Translations under genes and position numbers: made by a program | The notes under the pieces: model-generated | The model's database searches: none | What the model was told of the DNA's origin: nothing | Seen by the model: the letters and a program-made list of their open reading frames with translations, nothing else | Shown here: one piece after another, positions 1-11,988 of the stretch | Numbering within the stretch: the stretch's first letter is position 1 | Layout: each line of letters starts with the position of its first letter | NCBI GenBank assembly: GCA_019750255.1 | Contig: JAIEOU010000005.1 | Location: 14,078-78,077, forward strand | DNA length: 64,000 nt | From: Patescibacteria group bacterium | GTDB taxonomy: Bacteria > Patescibacteriota > Minisyncoccia > Phycocordibacterales > UBA918 | Direction: 5' to 3'

Positions 1-39
1 CCTTTTGAACCGGCCGTCAGTACGGGCCTGTAGGTTGCT

Positions 40-1872
40 ATGAATCCGCTGTCTCAATTACTTGAACGTGGTGTAATCACTGAGTCATCTGCGCGTCAGG
101 TTGAACAACATGTGGTGGATACTGGACACTCTTACGAGACCGCACTGCTTGAGACAGGTCTCGATGCTAGTGTCGTCCGTACCTTGTATGCCGAGTATTA
201 CCAGGTACCCGCTTTTGCCATCCCGGAAGCTTTTTCTATCTCACAAGAAATCCTGAATTACATCCCTGAGGAGTCAGCCTCTCACTATCGGGTCATTCCG
301 ATTCAGCTAGAAGGTGATGTTCTGACGGTTGGGGTCAATAATCCAGACGACATTGCGCTCCGTGAAGTGCTGAACTTCATTAGTACGAAACACAACATTC
401 CTTACAAAATGGTGTTCATGCTGGACCGTGATATTGCCACCACCTTAAGTTTTTATGAAAATCTCAAGGGCGATGTGAGTGATGCGCTCGGGAATATTGA
501 AAATGACCTGGATGCAGAGATTGCTGCTGGTGCCGAGGAGACCGTCCAGGAGACCAAGAAGGCTCTTGAACATATTGAAGAGGATGCGCCGGTCACCAAG
601 ATTGTGGCGACTATTTTACGCTATGCTGTCGATGGTGGAGCGTCGGATATTCATATAGAACCCCGAGACCAAAAAGTCCTTGTGCGGTTTCGAGTTGACG
701 GGTCGTTAGCGGCTTCGCTGGAGCTTCCAAAGGCTGTGCATATGGCAGTGGTAGCACGTGTGAAAATTTTGTCGTCGATGCGCCTTGATGAACGTCGTCG
801 CCCACAAGACGGTCGCTTCTCGGCGACATTTGATAATCGAAAGATTGATTTTCGTGTCTCGCTCTTGCCGACCAGCTTTGGCGAGAAGGTGGTAATGCGT
901 ATTCTTGATAATACCCGGGGGGTCGCAAAACTCGAGGATACCGGTATTTCCCCGCACTGGCTTACCACTATCAGAAAAATGATTGACGAACCATACGGTA
1001 TTATCCTTATTTCTGGTCCGACAGGTTCAGGAAAGTCGACGACGCTGTACGCTCTTTTGTCAGAGATGGATCGTTTGAGTAAAAACGTACTTTCCCTCGA
1101 AGATCCGGTGGAGTACAACATTGATGGTGTTTCCCAGTCGCAGGTGCGACCCGAGATTGGATATACCTTTGCCAATGGCTTGCGCGCTGCGCTCCGTCAA
1201 GACCCAGACATTATTATGGTAGGAGAAATCCGCGATAAGGAAACTGCGCAGCTGGCTATTCAGGCGGCTCTCACGGGTCACTTGGTGCTTTCGACGATTC
1301 ACACGAATAATGCCATTGGAGTTATTCCACGTTTGATTGATATGGGCGTTGATCCCTACCTTATAGCCCCGACGCTTAAGCTAGCGATTGCGCAGCGCCT
1401 CGCAAAGCGAGTCTATAACGATACTGGTCGAGAAGAGCCGGTATCTAAGAGTATGAAGATAGTGATGGATGAGAGCTTTAAAACACTCCCCACTAAATAT
1501 CATAACCGCATTCCCGAAGCCCGTACCGTCGTTCATCCCGAACCGTCGCCACAGAGCACAACGGGACTCAAGGGGCGTGTCGCGATCATGGAGGTTCTTG
1601 AGATTAATGATGATATTCAAGAACTTATTTTAAAAAACGCATCAGAAGGACAAATCTTCAACGTCGCTCGTTCACAAGGATTCATGACAATGAAAGAAGA
1701 CGCCATCATCAAGGCGCTTGAGCACGTTATTCCGTATCAAGAAATGAATGCATTTGGTTCAAAGGCCGGAAATGAATCGATTCTAGAAGACGTTGTGCTT
1801 GCTGTCGATAACCAACCTCCGCCAGAGGGCGCAGAGGCTATACTTACAAGTGATGAAGATCCTTCTGGTTGA
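40..1872 (+). CDS. pilB: Type IV pilus assembly ATPase PilB/GspE family
   Basis: 610-aa ORF with an N-terminal GSPII_E N-domain-like region. Walker A GPTGSGKSTT, Asp box, His box and the GspE signature are present. It heads a pil operon. Confidence 0.9.
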   Translation: MNPLSQLLERGVITESSARQVEQHVVDTGHSYETALLETGLDASVVRTLYAEYYQVPAFAIPEAFSISQEILNYIPEESASHYRVIPIQLEGDVLTVGVNNPDDIALREVLNFISTKHNIPYKMVFMLDRDIATTLSFYENLKGDVSDALGNIENDLDAEIAAGAEETVQETKKALEHIEEDAPVTKIVATILRYAVDGGASDIHIEPRDQKVLVRFRVDGSLAASLELPKAVHMAVVARVKILSSMRLDERRRPQDGRFSATFDNRKIDFRVSLLPTSFGEKVVMRILDNTRGVAKLEDTGISPHWLTTIRKMIDEPYGIILISGPTGSGKSTTLYALLSEMDRLSKNVLSLEDPVEYNIDGVSQSQVRPEIGYTFANGLRAALRQDPDIIMVGEIRDKETAQLAIQAALTGHLVLSTIHTNNAIGVIPRLIDMGVDPYLIAPTLKLAIAQRLAKRVYNDTGREEPVSKSMKIVMDESFKTLPTKYHNRIPEARTVVHPEPSPQSTTGLKGRVAIMEVLEINDDIQELILKNASEGQIFNVARSQGFMTMKEDAIIKALEHVIPYQEMNAFGSKAGNESILEDVVLAVDNQPPPEGAEAILTSDEDPSG

Positions 1873-2218
1873 TGACGATAATTTCTTGCGTGACATGTAT
1901 GCCACGAAGTTTTCTCAAACCGGCCACACCGTCGACGCTGTTGACAATGGGGCGGCTGCGCTCACGAAACTAAGTTCTACCCAAGACTATGATGTTGTCA
2001 TGCTCGACATGGTAATGCCAGGCATGAGCGGGCTCGAGCTTTTGGTAAAGATTCGCGAAGAATTCCCCAAACTTAAAGCTAAGCTGATTGTTCTCTCAAA
2101 CCAAGGCCAAGAAGAAGATATTCGGGAGGCTACGGCAGCTGGTGCGTGCGCGTATATCATTAAAGCTGAGTCGGTACCAAGTGAGGTGCTGTCTAAGGTG
2201 GAGGCTGTGTGTGGTTAA
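1853..2218 (+). CDS. Single-domain response regulator (CheY-like receiver, PilH/PilG-like)
   Basis: MKILLVDDD... carries the phospho-acceptor Asp and K-motif (LSNQG) and has no output domain. The likely start (ATG 1853) overlaps the pilB stop. The ORF-track start at 1793 is probably too early. Confidence 0.75.
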   Translation: MKILLVDDDNFLRDMYATKFSQTGHTVDAVDNGAAALTKLSSTQDYDVVMLDMVMPGMSGLELLVKIREEFPKLKAKLIVLSNQGQEEDIREATAAGACAYIIKAESVPSEVLSKVEAVCG

Positions 2219-2241
2219 TTTAACCGGTAATTTAATTTAGT

Positions 2242-3309
2242 ATGGCCGTCGACTACAAGCGAGAACTGAATACGCTCATTGACCTGGTTATCGAAGAGCG
2301 TGCCTCAGACCTGCATTTTTCCGTCGGTGCACATCCGATTATCCGCGTCTCAGGTTCTCTGATTCCCTTGTTAAAAAAACCCATCCTTACCGATGAGGAT
2401 ATGCTCGGCTTTGCTAAGGCGCTCATCAGAAAAGATATCTATGAACGCTATGAAGGACGTAAAGAGGTGGACTTTTCTTTTGAGAATACCGAATCCGTCC
2501 GCTTTCGTGGCAATGCGTACTACCAACGCGGACGTATGGCAATTGCCCTTCGCCTCATTCCGAATGTCATTCGTACTTTTGCGGATTTAAATCTGCCGCC
2601 AATTCTGGAAAGCTTTACTCAGCGGCCACAGGGTTTCTTTTTGTGTGTTGGGCCAGTAGGGCAGGGAAAGTCTACGACGCTTGCAGCCATGGTAAATCAC
2701 ATTAACCAAACTCGTTCGGAGCACATCGTTACCATTGAGGACCCTATCGAGTACGTGTACACCGAAGACAAGGCGCTCATTGATCAGCGTGAAGTGGGTA
2801 TCGATACTGAAAGCTTCCAGGTTGCGCTCAACGCTGCCTTTCGTGAAGACGTTGATGTGATTTTGGTAGGTGAGATGCGGAATATGGAAACTATTTCAAC
2901 CGCCGTAACTGCGGCTGAAACCGGCCATTTAGTGTATTCGACCCTTCACACAAATGACGCCGCACAGACCATTAATCGAATCATCGATACGTTTCCGGGT
3001 GACCAGCAAAGCCAAATCCGCACCCAGCTAGCAGGGTCTCTCATTGCTATCTTCTCGCAGCGACTCATTCCACACATTGCGGGTGGTCTTGTGCCAGCGT
3101 ATGAGCTGCTTATCAACAACAGTGCGGTAGCTAACCTAATTCGAGAAAATCGCGTTCATGAGATTAATTCCGTCATCGAGACTGGGCTTGAGCAGGGAAT
3201 GATTGACATGAATCGTTCTCTGTTACGTTTGGTACAGAACGGAGATATTACCGTAGAGAACGCATTTACCTACTCAACCAACCCTAAAGGTCTCGAACGC
3301 CTCATGTAA
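2242..3309 (+). CDS. pilT: Twitching motility ATPase PilT (pilus retraction)
   Basis: 355 aa. Walker A GPVGQGKSTT, the AIRNLIRE-like C-terminal motif (AVANLIRENRVHEI) and a PilT-typical N-terminus. Confidence 0.85.
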   Translation: MAVDYKRELNTLIDLVIEERASDLHFSVGAHPIIRVSGSLIPLLKKPILTDEDMLGFAKALIRKDIYERYEGRKEVDFSFENTESVRFRGNAYYQRGRMAIALRLIPNVIRTFADLNLPPILESFTQRPQGFFLCVGPVGQGKSTTLAAMVNHINQTRSEHIVTIEDPIEYVYTEDKALIDQREVGIDTESFQVALNAAFREDVDVILVGEMRNMETISTAVTAAETGHLVYSTLHTNDAAQTINRIIDTFPGDQQSQIRTQLAGSLIAIFSQRLIPHIAGGLVPAYELLINNSAVANLIRENRVHEINSVIETGLEQGMIDMNRSLLRLVQNGDITVENAFTYSTNPKGLERLM

Positions 3310-3312
3310 TAT

Positions 3313-4530
3313 ATGCTTTTCAAATACATAGCAATCGATAAGGGGAATGTACAAAGGGAAGGCACCGTTGAGGCGGCCAGTATTGATGCCGCTATTTCAG
3401 CTGTACAAAAGCGTGGCTACACAGTAACCTCGATTGATCCAATTGACGAAAAAGGTTCGATAACTGATTTGCTTAATTTTGATTTTGCAATATTTCACAG
3501 CGTGTCAAACAAAGACATTGTTATTTTGTCTCGACAAATTTCCACGTTGTTTCAAGCGCATGTTTCACCACTGCGTATTTTCCGTCTCCTGTCGGCCGAG
3601 GTAGGAAATGCACAGCTGCAAATTGTAATGAATAAGATTGTTGATGACTTGCAAGCGGGGAGTTCAATTTCTCGGGCTTTGGCGGCCCATCCAAAGGTAT
3701 TCTCTTCCTTCTATGTCAACATGGTGCGGGCGGGGGAGGAATCGGGATCGCTCGAGAAATCCTTTGCCTACCTAGCCGACTACCTGGACCGTTCGTATGA
3801 AATTGTTGCAAAAGCCAGAAACGCTCTAGTCTACCCAGCCTTCGTGGTCACTATCTTTTTTGGGGTGATGGGCCTGATGCTCACCCTAGTAATTCCAAAG
3901 ATTGCCAAAATTTTGACTGACTCTGGGCAGGAGCTGCCGATTTATACAAAGATTGTTATTGGTCTTTCCGAGTTCTTAATTGGCTATCTTCCGTTTATAT
4001 TTATCGGTGTGGCTGCGACTGGGGTGGGGATGTGGCGTTTCGCCCGAACTGATGTTGGGCGCCGGACCATAGACGAGCTGAAAATCTCGCTCCCTGTTTT
4101 CGGTAATCTCCAGCGTAAGTTGTTGCTCACCCGCATCTGTGACAACCTCTCGACGATGCTTTCAAGTGGCGTATCGATGGTGCAAGCGCTCGAGGTGACA
4201 GCTGATGTGGTAGATAATACGGTCTTTAAAGAAATTGTTCAGTCGGCTCTCTTTGAAGTGAAGGGAGGACGGTCGTTTGCTGATTCCATCGCTGAGTATC
4301 CAGAAATTCCAACGGTTCTGTCACAAATGGCGCGCGTGGGTGAAGAAACCGGAAGTCTGTCGGAAATCATGACCACACTCGCCAATTTCTACCGACGTGA
4401 AGTGAACCAAGCAGTGGACACCATGATTGGGCTCATTGAACCAGCTATGATTGTGATGTTGGGTCTCGGTGTGGGTGTGCTCTTGGCATCGGTTTTGATG
4501 CCGATTTATAACCTCACCGGCAACTTCTAA
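3313..4530 (+). CDS. pilC: Type IV pilus inner-membrane platform protein PilC/GspF
   Basis: 405 aa with a duplicated GspF domain architecture and three TM segments. Sits between pilT and pilA. Confidence 0.85.
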   Translation: MLFKYIAIDKGNVQREGTVEAASIDAAISAVQKRGYTVTSIDPIDEKGSITDLLNFDFAIFHSVSNKDIVILSRQISTLFQAHVSPLRIFRLLSAEVGNAQLQIVMNKIVDDLQAGSSISRALAAHPKVFSSFYVNMVRAGEESGSLEKSFAYLADYLDRSYEIVAKARNALVYPAFVVTIFFGVMGLMLTLVIPKIAKILTDSGQELPIYTKIVIGLSEFLIGYLPFIFIGVAATGVGMWRFARTDVGRRTIDELKISLPVFGNLQRKLLLTRICDNLSTMLSSGVSMVQALEVTADVVDNTVFKEIVQSALFEVKGGRSFADSIAEYPEIPTVLSQMARVGEETGSLSEIMTTLANFYRREVNQAVDTMIGLIEPAMIVMLGLGVGVLLASVLMPIYNLTGNF

Positions 4531-4979
4531 GGAGAAACAGGAAGCGGCGAAGCCGCGACCATGTTTTCCTTATGCAGACGCCTCGTTACTTTCGAGCCTC
4601 AAAGCGAGGAAAGTAACGGCGGCGACCTGCGAAAGGAGACTTTGGATTGCTTCGCTGCGGCTCGCAAAGACGAATGCTGAATACGACTGCTTCGTCTCTG
4701 CGAGTTTACGAAGCAGTCCAGGGTTCCATACCCTTCTTTCGATTACATCACTAAGGCTCGCAAAGACGAAATATAATTTAACCCAATCCTACTAAGTAAT
4801 AGGTGCAGGGGCTTACGGTTTATACGGGAGGTTGTCCCCAGGTCTAGTTTTGTAAGCCGAAGCTGGTCGTATAATTGAGGCTAGCTACGCTACAACGTAG
4901 ATCTGTCGTTTACTATTCAGGTACACAGCTGATATCTGAATATAAAAAGACTTTATTTCAAAACGATTAATTTTAATTC

Positions 4980-5477
4980 ATGATCAAAACCATGCGGACC
5001 CGCGGTTTCACCCTCATCGAACTTCTCGTTGTAATCGCTATTATCGGTATCTTGGCCGCAACGGTACTTGCCGCCCTTGGTAACGCGCGAAGTAGCGGAA
5101 ACGACGCTTCGACGCAGTCGCAAGTTAATTCTGCCAAGGCTCAAGCTGAAGTGTATGCTAATGGTAATACAACAGCTCCCGGAAGTTATGTAGGCCTCTG
5201 TACTGCTGCGAACCCCAACAGCTTGGGTACACTCCTAACGGGTATCGCTCGTACTGCGCCCGGTACCGATGCTGCTGTATTGACTGCCACTGTACAGACT
5301 GCTAACACAGACGGTACTGGGGGTTCGATTAATTGCAGGGATGCCGCAACTACTTGGGTCTTGTCTGCGCCTCTTGCTCGCTCTACGGGAGGTTTCTTCT
5401 GTGCGGACAGTACTGGCTTTAGTGGCGTAAGAACCACGCCACTACCAGCAGCCAATACTGCTTGTCCAGCTTCTTAA
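4980..5477 (+). CDS. pilA: Type IV major pilin (prepilin, class III signal)
   Basis: N-terminus MIKTMRTRGFTLIELLVVIAIIGILAA matches the prepilin cleavage/methylation motif (G|FTLIE). Followed by a rho-independent terminator. Confidence 0.9.
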   Translation: MIKTMRTRGFTLIELLVVIAIIGILAATVLAALGNARSSGNDASTQSQVNSAKAQAEVYANGNTTAPGSYVGLCTAANPNSLGTLLTGIARTAPGTDAAVLTATVQTANTDGTGGSINCRDAATTWVLSAPLARSTGGFFCADSTGFSGVRTTPLPAANTACPAS

Positions 5478-5497
5478 CAATCTTACTGGATAAAAAA

Positions 5498-5522
5498 ACA
5501 CCCGTTCACGGGTGTTTTTTTA
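5498..5522 (+). terminator. Rho-independent terminator after pilA copy 1
   Basis: acacccg-ttca-cgggtgt stem-loop followed by T7. Confidence 0.8.
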
Positions 5523-5604
5523 TTGAAAAACCTACTGGGGAAATCCTACATAAGCACAATGGACTGTGTCATGATTAGGATAAACAATAATTCAACATAC
5601 CATA

Positions 5605-6102
5605 ATGCTTAAACAAACTTATCAAAAGGGCTTCACCCTCATCGAACTTCTCGTTGTAATCGCTATTATCGGTATCTTGGCCGCAACGGTACTTGCCGCC
5701 CTTGGTAACGCGCGAAGTAGTGGAAACGACGCTTCGACGCAGTCGCAGATAAACTCTGCCAAGGCTCAAGCTGAAGTCTATGCGACGGGGAATAACAATT
5801 CTTATGATGGGGTTTGTACGATTGCAAGCGCCAATAGTCTGGGTCCATTGCTGACAGGAATTGTAAGGACAGCACCAGGAAACAACACTCCTGTTATTGA
5901 CGGAGCGGTACAGACAGCAAACACCGATGGTACAGGTGGGACTATTAATTGTAATGACGCGCCTACCGCCTGGGCAGTGTCAGCGCCGCTCAATCGATCC
6001 ACTGGCGGATTCTTCTGTGCGGACAGTAGCGGATTTAGTGGAGTTCGTGTGACGCCGTTACCGGCGAGCGGTGCTACGGGTAGAGTGTGTCCTTCATCAT
6101 AA
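5605..6102 (+). CDS. pilA: Type IV pilin, second tandem paralog
   Basis: Same prepilin N-terminus. The first ~150 nt are nearly identical at DNA level to copy 1 (4998-5150 vs 5623-5775), and the C-terminal globular part diverges. Confidence 0.9.
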   Translation: MLKQTYQKGFTLIELLVVIAIIGILAATVLAALGNARSSGNDASTQSQINSAKAQAEVYATGNNNSYDGVCTIASANSLGPLLTGIVRTAPGNNTPVIDGAVQTANTDGTGGTINCNDAPTAWAVSAPLNRSTGGFFCADSSGFSGVRVTPLPASGATGRVCPSS

Positions 6103-6131
6103 TCTGATTCCGTTAAAAACAGGACTACATC

Positions 6132-6156
6132 AAAGAGCGCCACGAGGCGCTTTTTG
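6132..6156 (+). terminator. Rho-independent terminator after pilA copy 2
   Basis: aaagagcgcc-acga-ggcgcttttt. Confidence 0.7.
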
Positions 6157-6249
6157 TAAACTCCAGATTATTTGTGCTAAGCCTATAAGTGTTAATGGCG
6201 CAGCAACAGAAGACTCCTATGGTTAACTTTTGGCCACGGGAAGGGATGG

Positions 6250-7125
6250 ATGGGCTATAATAGGAACGTGTTTAGTCTAGCTACGCTCGGTCTGTCGACC
6301 CTCGTTCTTTCCATTATTGCCTTTGGCTTTGGAGCTATCGTCGGTAGCTTTCTTAATGTGGTGATTTATCGGTTACATACTGGCCGCTCTCTGCAAGGTC
6401 GGTCCCATTGTCTCTCGTGCGCAACTCCGCTCCGAGTGTGGGAGCTCATACCACTTTTTTCATATCTCGGTCTGCGGGGTCGTTGTAGTCACTGCCGGTC
6501 ACGGTTTACTGCGCGCTACTTTGGGGTTGAGCTTTTGACGGCGCTATTGTTTGTGTTGACGATGCTTTATTTTGCGACTGATGTGGTACTGGTCGGTATA
6601 TTTCTCTTTGTGATGTCACTGCTTGTGGTCGTATTTGTCTATGATCTTCGACACATGATTATTCCTGACGAATATGTCGTGGCGCTTACGCTTGCGGCGC
6701 TCGGCCGAGAATTTTATAGTGCGGTCGTTGTGCTCGGAACATGGGTACCGTTTCTCTACAGTGCATTCGCCGCTTCGACTGGGGCACTATTTTTCTACGC
6801 CCTCTGGTTTATGTCTGGAGGAAAATGGATTGGCTTTGGTGATGTTAAGCTCGCTTGGCCACTGGGACTTCTCCTTGGCAGTGGGGGAGTGTTCTCAATG
6901 GTGGTGTTTTCGTTCTGGATAGGGGCGGGGATAAGTCTATTGCTTCTTGCGCTCATGAAGCTCTCTGCCCGCAGTGGGGGAAAACCGTTCTTACCTTTCG
7001 GTCTCGGAACGCTTACAATGAAGAGTGCTGTTCCGTTTGCTCCTTTCTTGATTGTTAGTTTTCTTACAGTTCTTTTTTTCCAAGTTGATGTGCTCGCCCT
7101 TTTATCCTATGACTTCTTCCTCTAG
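6250..7125 (+). CDS. pilD: Prepilin peptidase PilD (A24 family, with N-methyltransferase Zn-finger)
   Basis: 291 aa, polytopic. Two CxxC pairs (CLSCATPL...CSHCRSRF) sit in the first cytoplasmic loop, and Asp-containing motifs are present. Confidence 0.85.
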   Translation: MGYNRNVFSLATLGLSTLVLSIIAFGFGAIVGSFLNVVIYRLHTGRSLQGRSHCLSCATPLRVWELIPLFSYLGLRGRCSHCRSRFTARYFGVELLTALLFVLTMLYFATDVVLVGIFLFVMSLLVVVFVYDLRHMIIPDEYVVALTLAALGREFYSAVVVLGTWVPFLYSAFAASTGALFFYALWFMSGGKWIGFGDVKLAWPLGLLLGSGGVFSMVVFSFWIGAGISLLLLALMKLSARSGGKPFLPFGLGTLTMKSAVPFAPFLIVSFLTVLFFQVDVLALLSYDFFL

Positions 7126-7726
7126 CACGAAGCCATGCAGAGCGCGTCTGCGCGCAGGTTTTGGTCTCATAGAACTCCTTGTGAGCATCAGTATCATGGT
7201 ACTCGTTACCTCGATTGTGCTCGCGCGGCACTCCGCCTTTAGCGGTACCGTACTTCTGAAATCACAGGCATATGAAATAGCGTTACGGCTACGCGAAATA
7301 CAGCTCTCGGCGGTGAGTGTAGCGACTTCGACTGTCGGCATCCGCTCGCACTATGGTATGCGTTTTGGTACAGCGGCTTCAGAAAATAGCGTCTACCCGG
7401 TTTTTGCGACTCCTATCCCAGCGGTCAATGGCTTCTACACTAATAATGCTTATTCTCTTGTTGGGACTCCGGGGTTACTCGATCAGCGCTTTGTGATTAA
7501 AGGAATTGACCTGAACTGCAGTTCTGTGCAATCAGCTACGGGAGTTATTATTATGTTTAAGCGTCCAAACTATGACGCTGAATTCCGAAGTGGGACTGGC
7601 GGAGCGCCGGCCTGCGCGGCTGAGTCAGTGAGTATTAGGATTGGCCCACGTGGTTCCCTCGTTGGTGATACCGCCTCGGAACGACGTGTTGTTGTTTCGA
7701 GCTCAGGTCAAATCACTGTAGAGTAA
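7109..7726 (+). CDS. Minor pilin / pseudopilin (GspH/FimT-like)
   Basis: After trimming to ATG 7109 the N-terminus reads ...RAGFGLIELLVSISIMVLV, a prepilin signal. Overlaps the pilD end. Confidence 0.7.
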   Translation: MTSSSSTKPCRARLRAGFGLIELLVSISIMVLVTSIVLARHSAFSGTVLLKSQAYEIALRLREIQLSAVSVATSTVGIRSHYGMRFGTAASENSVYPVFATPIPAVNGFYTNNAYSLVGTPGLLDQRFVIKGIDLNCSSVQSATGVIIMFKRPNYDAEFRSGTGGAPACAAESVSIRIGPRGSLVGDTASERRVVVSSSGQITVE

Positions 7727-7730
7727 TTTT

Positions 7731-8402
7731 ATGATTCCAACAAAGCTTTCACAGCGACGCGGTTTCACTCTCATCGAGATGATTGTTTCGTTGGGAGTGT
7801 TTTCGGTGGTGGTGACCATTACGGCCGGGGCGCTTATTACCTTAATTGCAACAAACCAGCGCTTTCAGCGTGAGCAAAATACGACAACGAACTTGGCCTT
7901 TGCGCTTGACAGTATGACTCGTGAAATTCGCACCGGGTCAAATTTTTACTGTGCGACCGGCACGGGAACACCTTTTGATAATGGAGCCCATGAACATCTT
8001 TCTGGTGGAGTCATTGACGCAGGGGTTGGCTCATCGTTGCTACGGCGCGATTGTCCAGACGGAAGAAATGGAGAAAGTCTCCATGGGATATCTTTCTTTG
8101 AGGGGGGGAATAGCATCACGACGGACCCGGGGGTTAGGCGTATCCTCTATTATTTTGACCTGACGGCCGGTACTATCTATCGACGTGTCGGGGATGAAAG
8201 GCCAGAACAGATTATTTCAAATACCATTGAAATTGTTGATGCTGATATTTATGTTACCGACACCAACATTATGCTTGCCACACCTGCGGATACAAAACAG
8301 CCCACAGTAACCATTCATATCGAAGCTCGGGATCGTTCTGAGCCAAGTAGTGAGACGTACCTCATGCAAACGACTGTAACGCAGCGGTCACTTGATATAT
8401 GA
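7731..8402 (+). CDS. Minor pilin (PilW/PilV-like prepilin)
   Basis: RRGFTLIEMIVSLGVFSVVV prepilin N-terminus. Confidence 0.7.
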   Translation: MIPTKLSQRRGFTLIEMIVSLGVFSVVVTITAGALITLIATNQRFQREQNTTTNLAFALDSMTREIRTGSNFYCATGTGTPFDNGAHEHLSGGVIDAGVGSSLLRRDCPDGRNGESLHGISFFEGGNSITTDPGVRRILYYFDLTAGTIYRRVGDERPEQIISNTIEIVDADIYVTDTNIMLATPADTKQPTVTIHIEARDRSEPSSETYLMQTTVTQRSLDI

Positions 8403-8993
8403 AAAATCTACTACCCAGCTTATTACAGTTAACGAGACATAAAAATGGTTTTTCACTGGTGGAAACGCTGGTCGCAGTCTCCATCCTTCTCCTTGTTGTG
8501 GTTGGTCCCTTGACGATTACGTCGCGGACGGCGAAAAGTAGCACCTTTTCGAGTGAGCAATTGACTGCTCAATTACTCGCTCAAGAAGGACTGGAACTGG
8601 TGGAAAAAGCGCGTAATGACTACATTCTTGAGAATTTCACCAATGCAGCTAACGGTGGCTGGGATGCATTCACCTCAGGAAGTGGTGTTTTTTCACAGTG
8701 CTTTGACACCGATGGTTGTGGTATCGACATTGAAGATTCTGGTGACATTAACTTTCCATTAAAGGCATGTGATATCGCCGGGAGTCCAGATCCGTGCGCA
8801 CTCTACCAAGGAGCGGCAGGTGAGCGGGCGCGGTATTCGCACACTACCGGTGGTACCCTGACTCCGTTTACTCGCACTGTGCGCTTTTACTCGACCACAA
8901 ATCCTGATCAGATTCGCGTGGAATCAACCGTTACCTGGCGTACGGGTTCCCTGATTGCCAATCAACGGGTAGAGCTCGAGACGTATTTATTTA

Positions 8994-9010
<17 letters not shown>
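8399..9010 (+). CDS. Minor pilin (prepilin-type N-terminus)
   Basis: NGFSLVETLVAVSILLLVVVGP prepilin motif. Overlaps neighbours by 4 nt. Confidence 0.65.
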
Positions 9011-11673
<2,663 letters not shown>

Positions 11674-11691
11674 TTTTGCTATAGTTGCGCC

Positions 11692-11988
11692 ATGACAAAA
11701 GAGGAAATTGAGCACTTAGCCAGGCTATCACGGATTGCCCTGTCGCCAGCAGAAACGGTCAGTTTTCAGTCCGAAATCACATCGATACTCGATTATGTGA
11801 GTGTGGTTAATGCTATGGCTGCAGATGAAACACCCCATGCACCAACAGTTCCCGAACACATCAATATCTTCAGGGCTGACGAGGTAACCAATGAGCCAGG
11901 GAGCAATACCGAAGTCCTCCTCGCGGCAATGCCCGAGACACATGGTCGCTTTATGAAGGTGAAAAAAATCCTCAACCAAAATGACTAA
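11692..11988 (+). CDS. gatC: Asp/Glu-tRNA amidotransferase subunit C
   Basis: 98 aa with a typical GatC N-terminus (LARLSRIALSPAE). Immediately upstream of gatA. Confidence 0.85.
   Translation: MTKEEIEHLARLSRIALSPAETVSFQSEITSILDYVSVVNAMAADETPHAPTVPEHINIFRADEVTNEPGSNTEVLLAAMPETHGRFMKVKKILNQND

Noticed and set aside
611-1620. Several 80-175-aa ORFs inside pilB on the minus strand.
   Set aside because: They are nested within a well-supported ATPase gene and have low-complexity or Arg/Ser-rich translations typical of antisense GC-rich frames.
4953-5455. Minus-strand ORFs antisense to the two pilin genes (4953-5144, 5186-5455, 5575-5769, 5802-6143).
   Set aside because: They mirror the duplicated pilA sequence on the opposite strand. 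There is no independent start context, and the pilin reading frames are strongly supported by the prepilin motifs.
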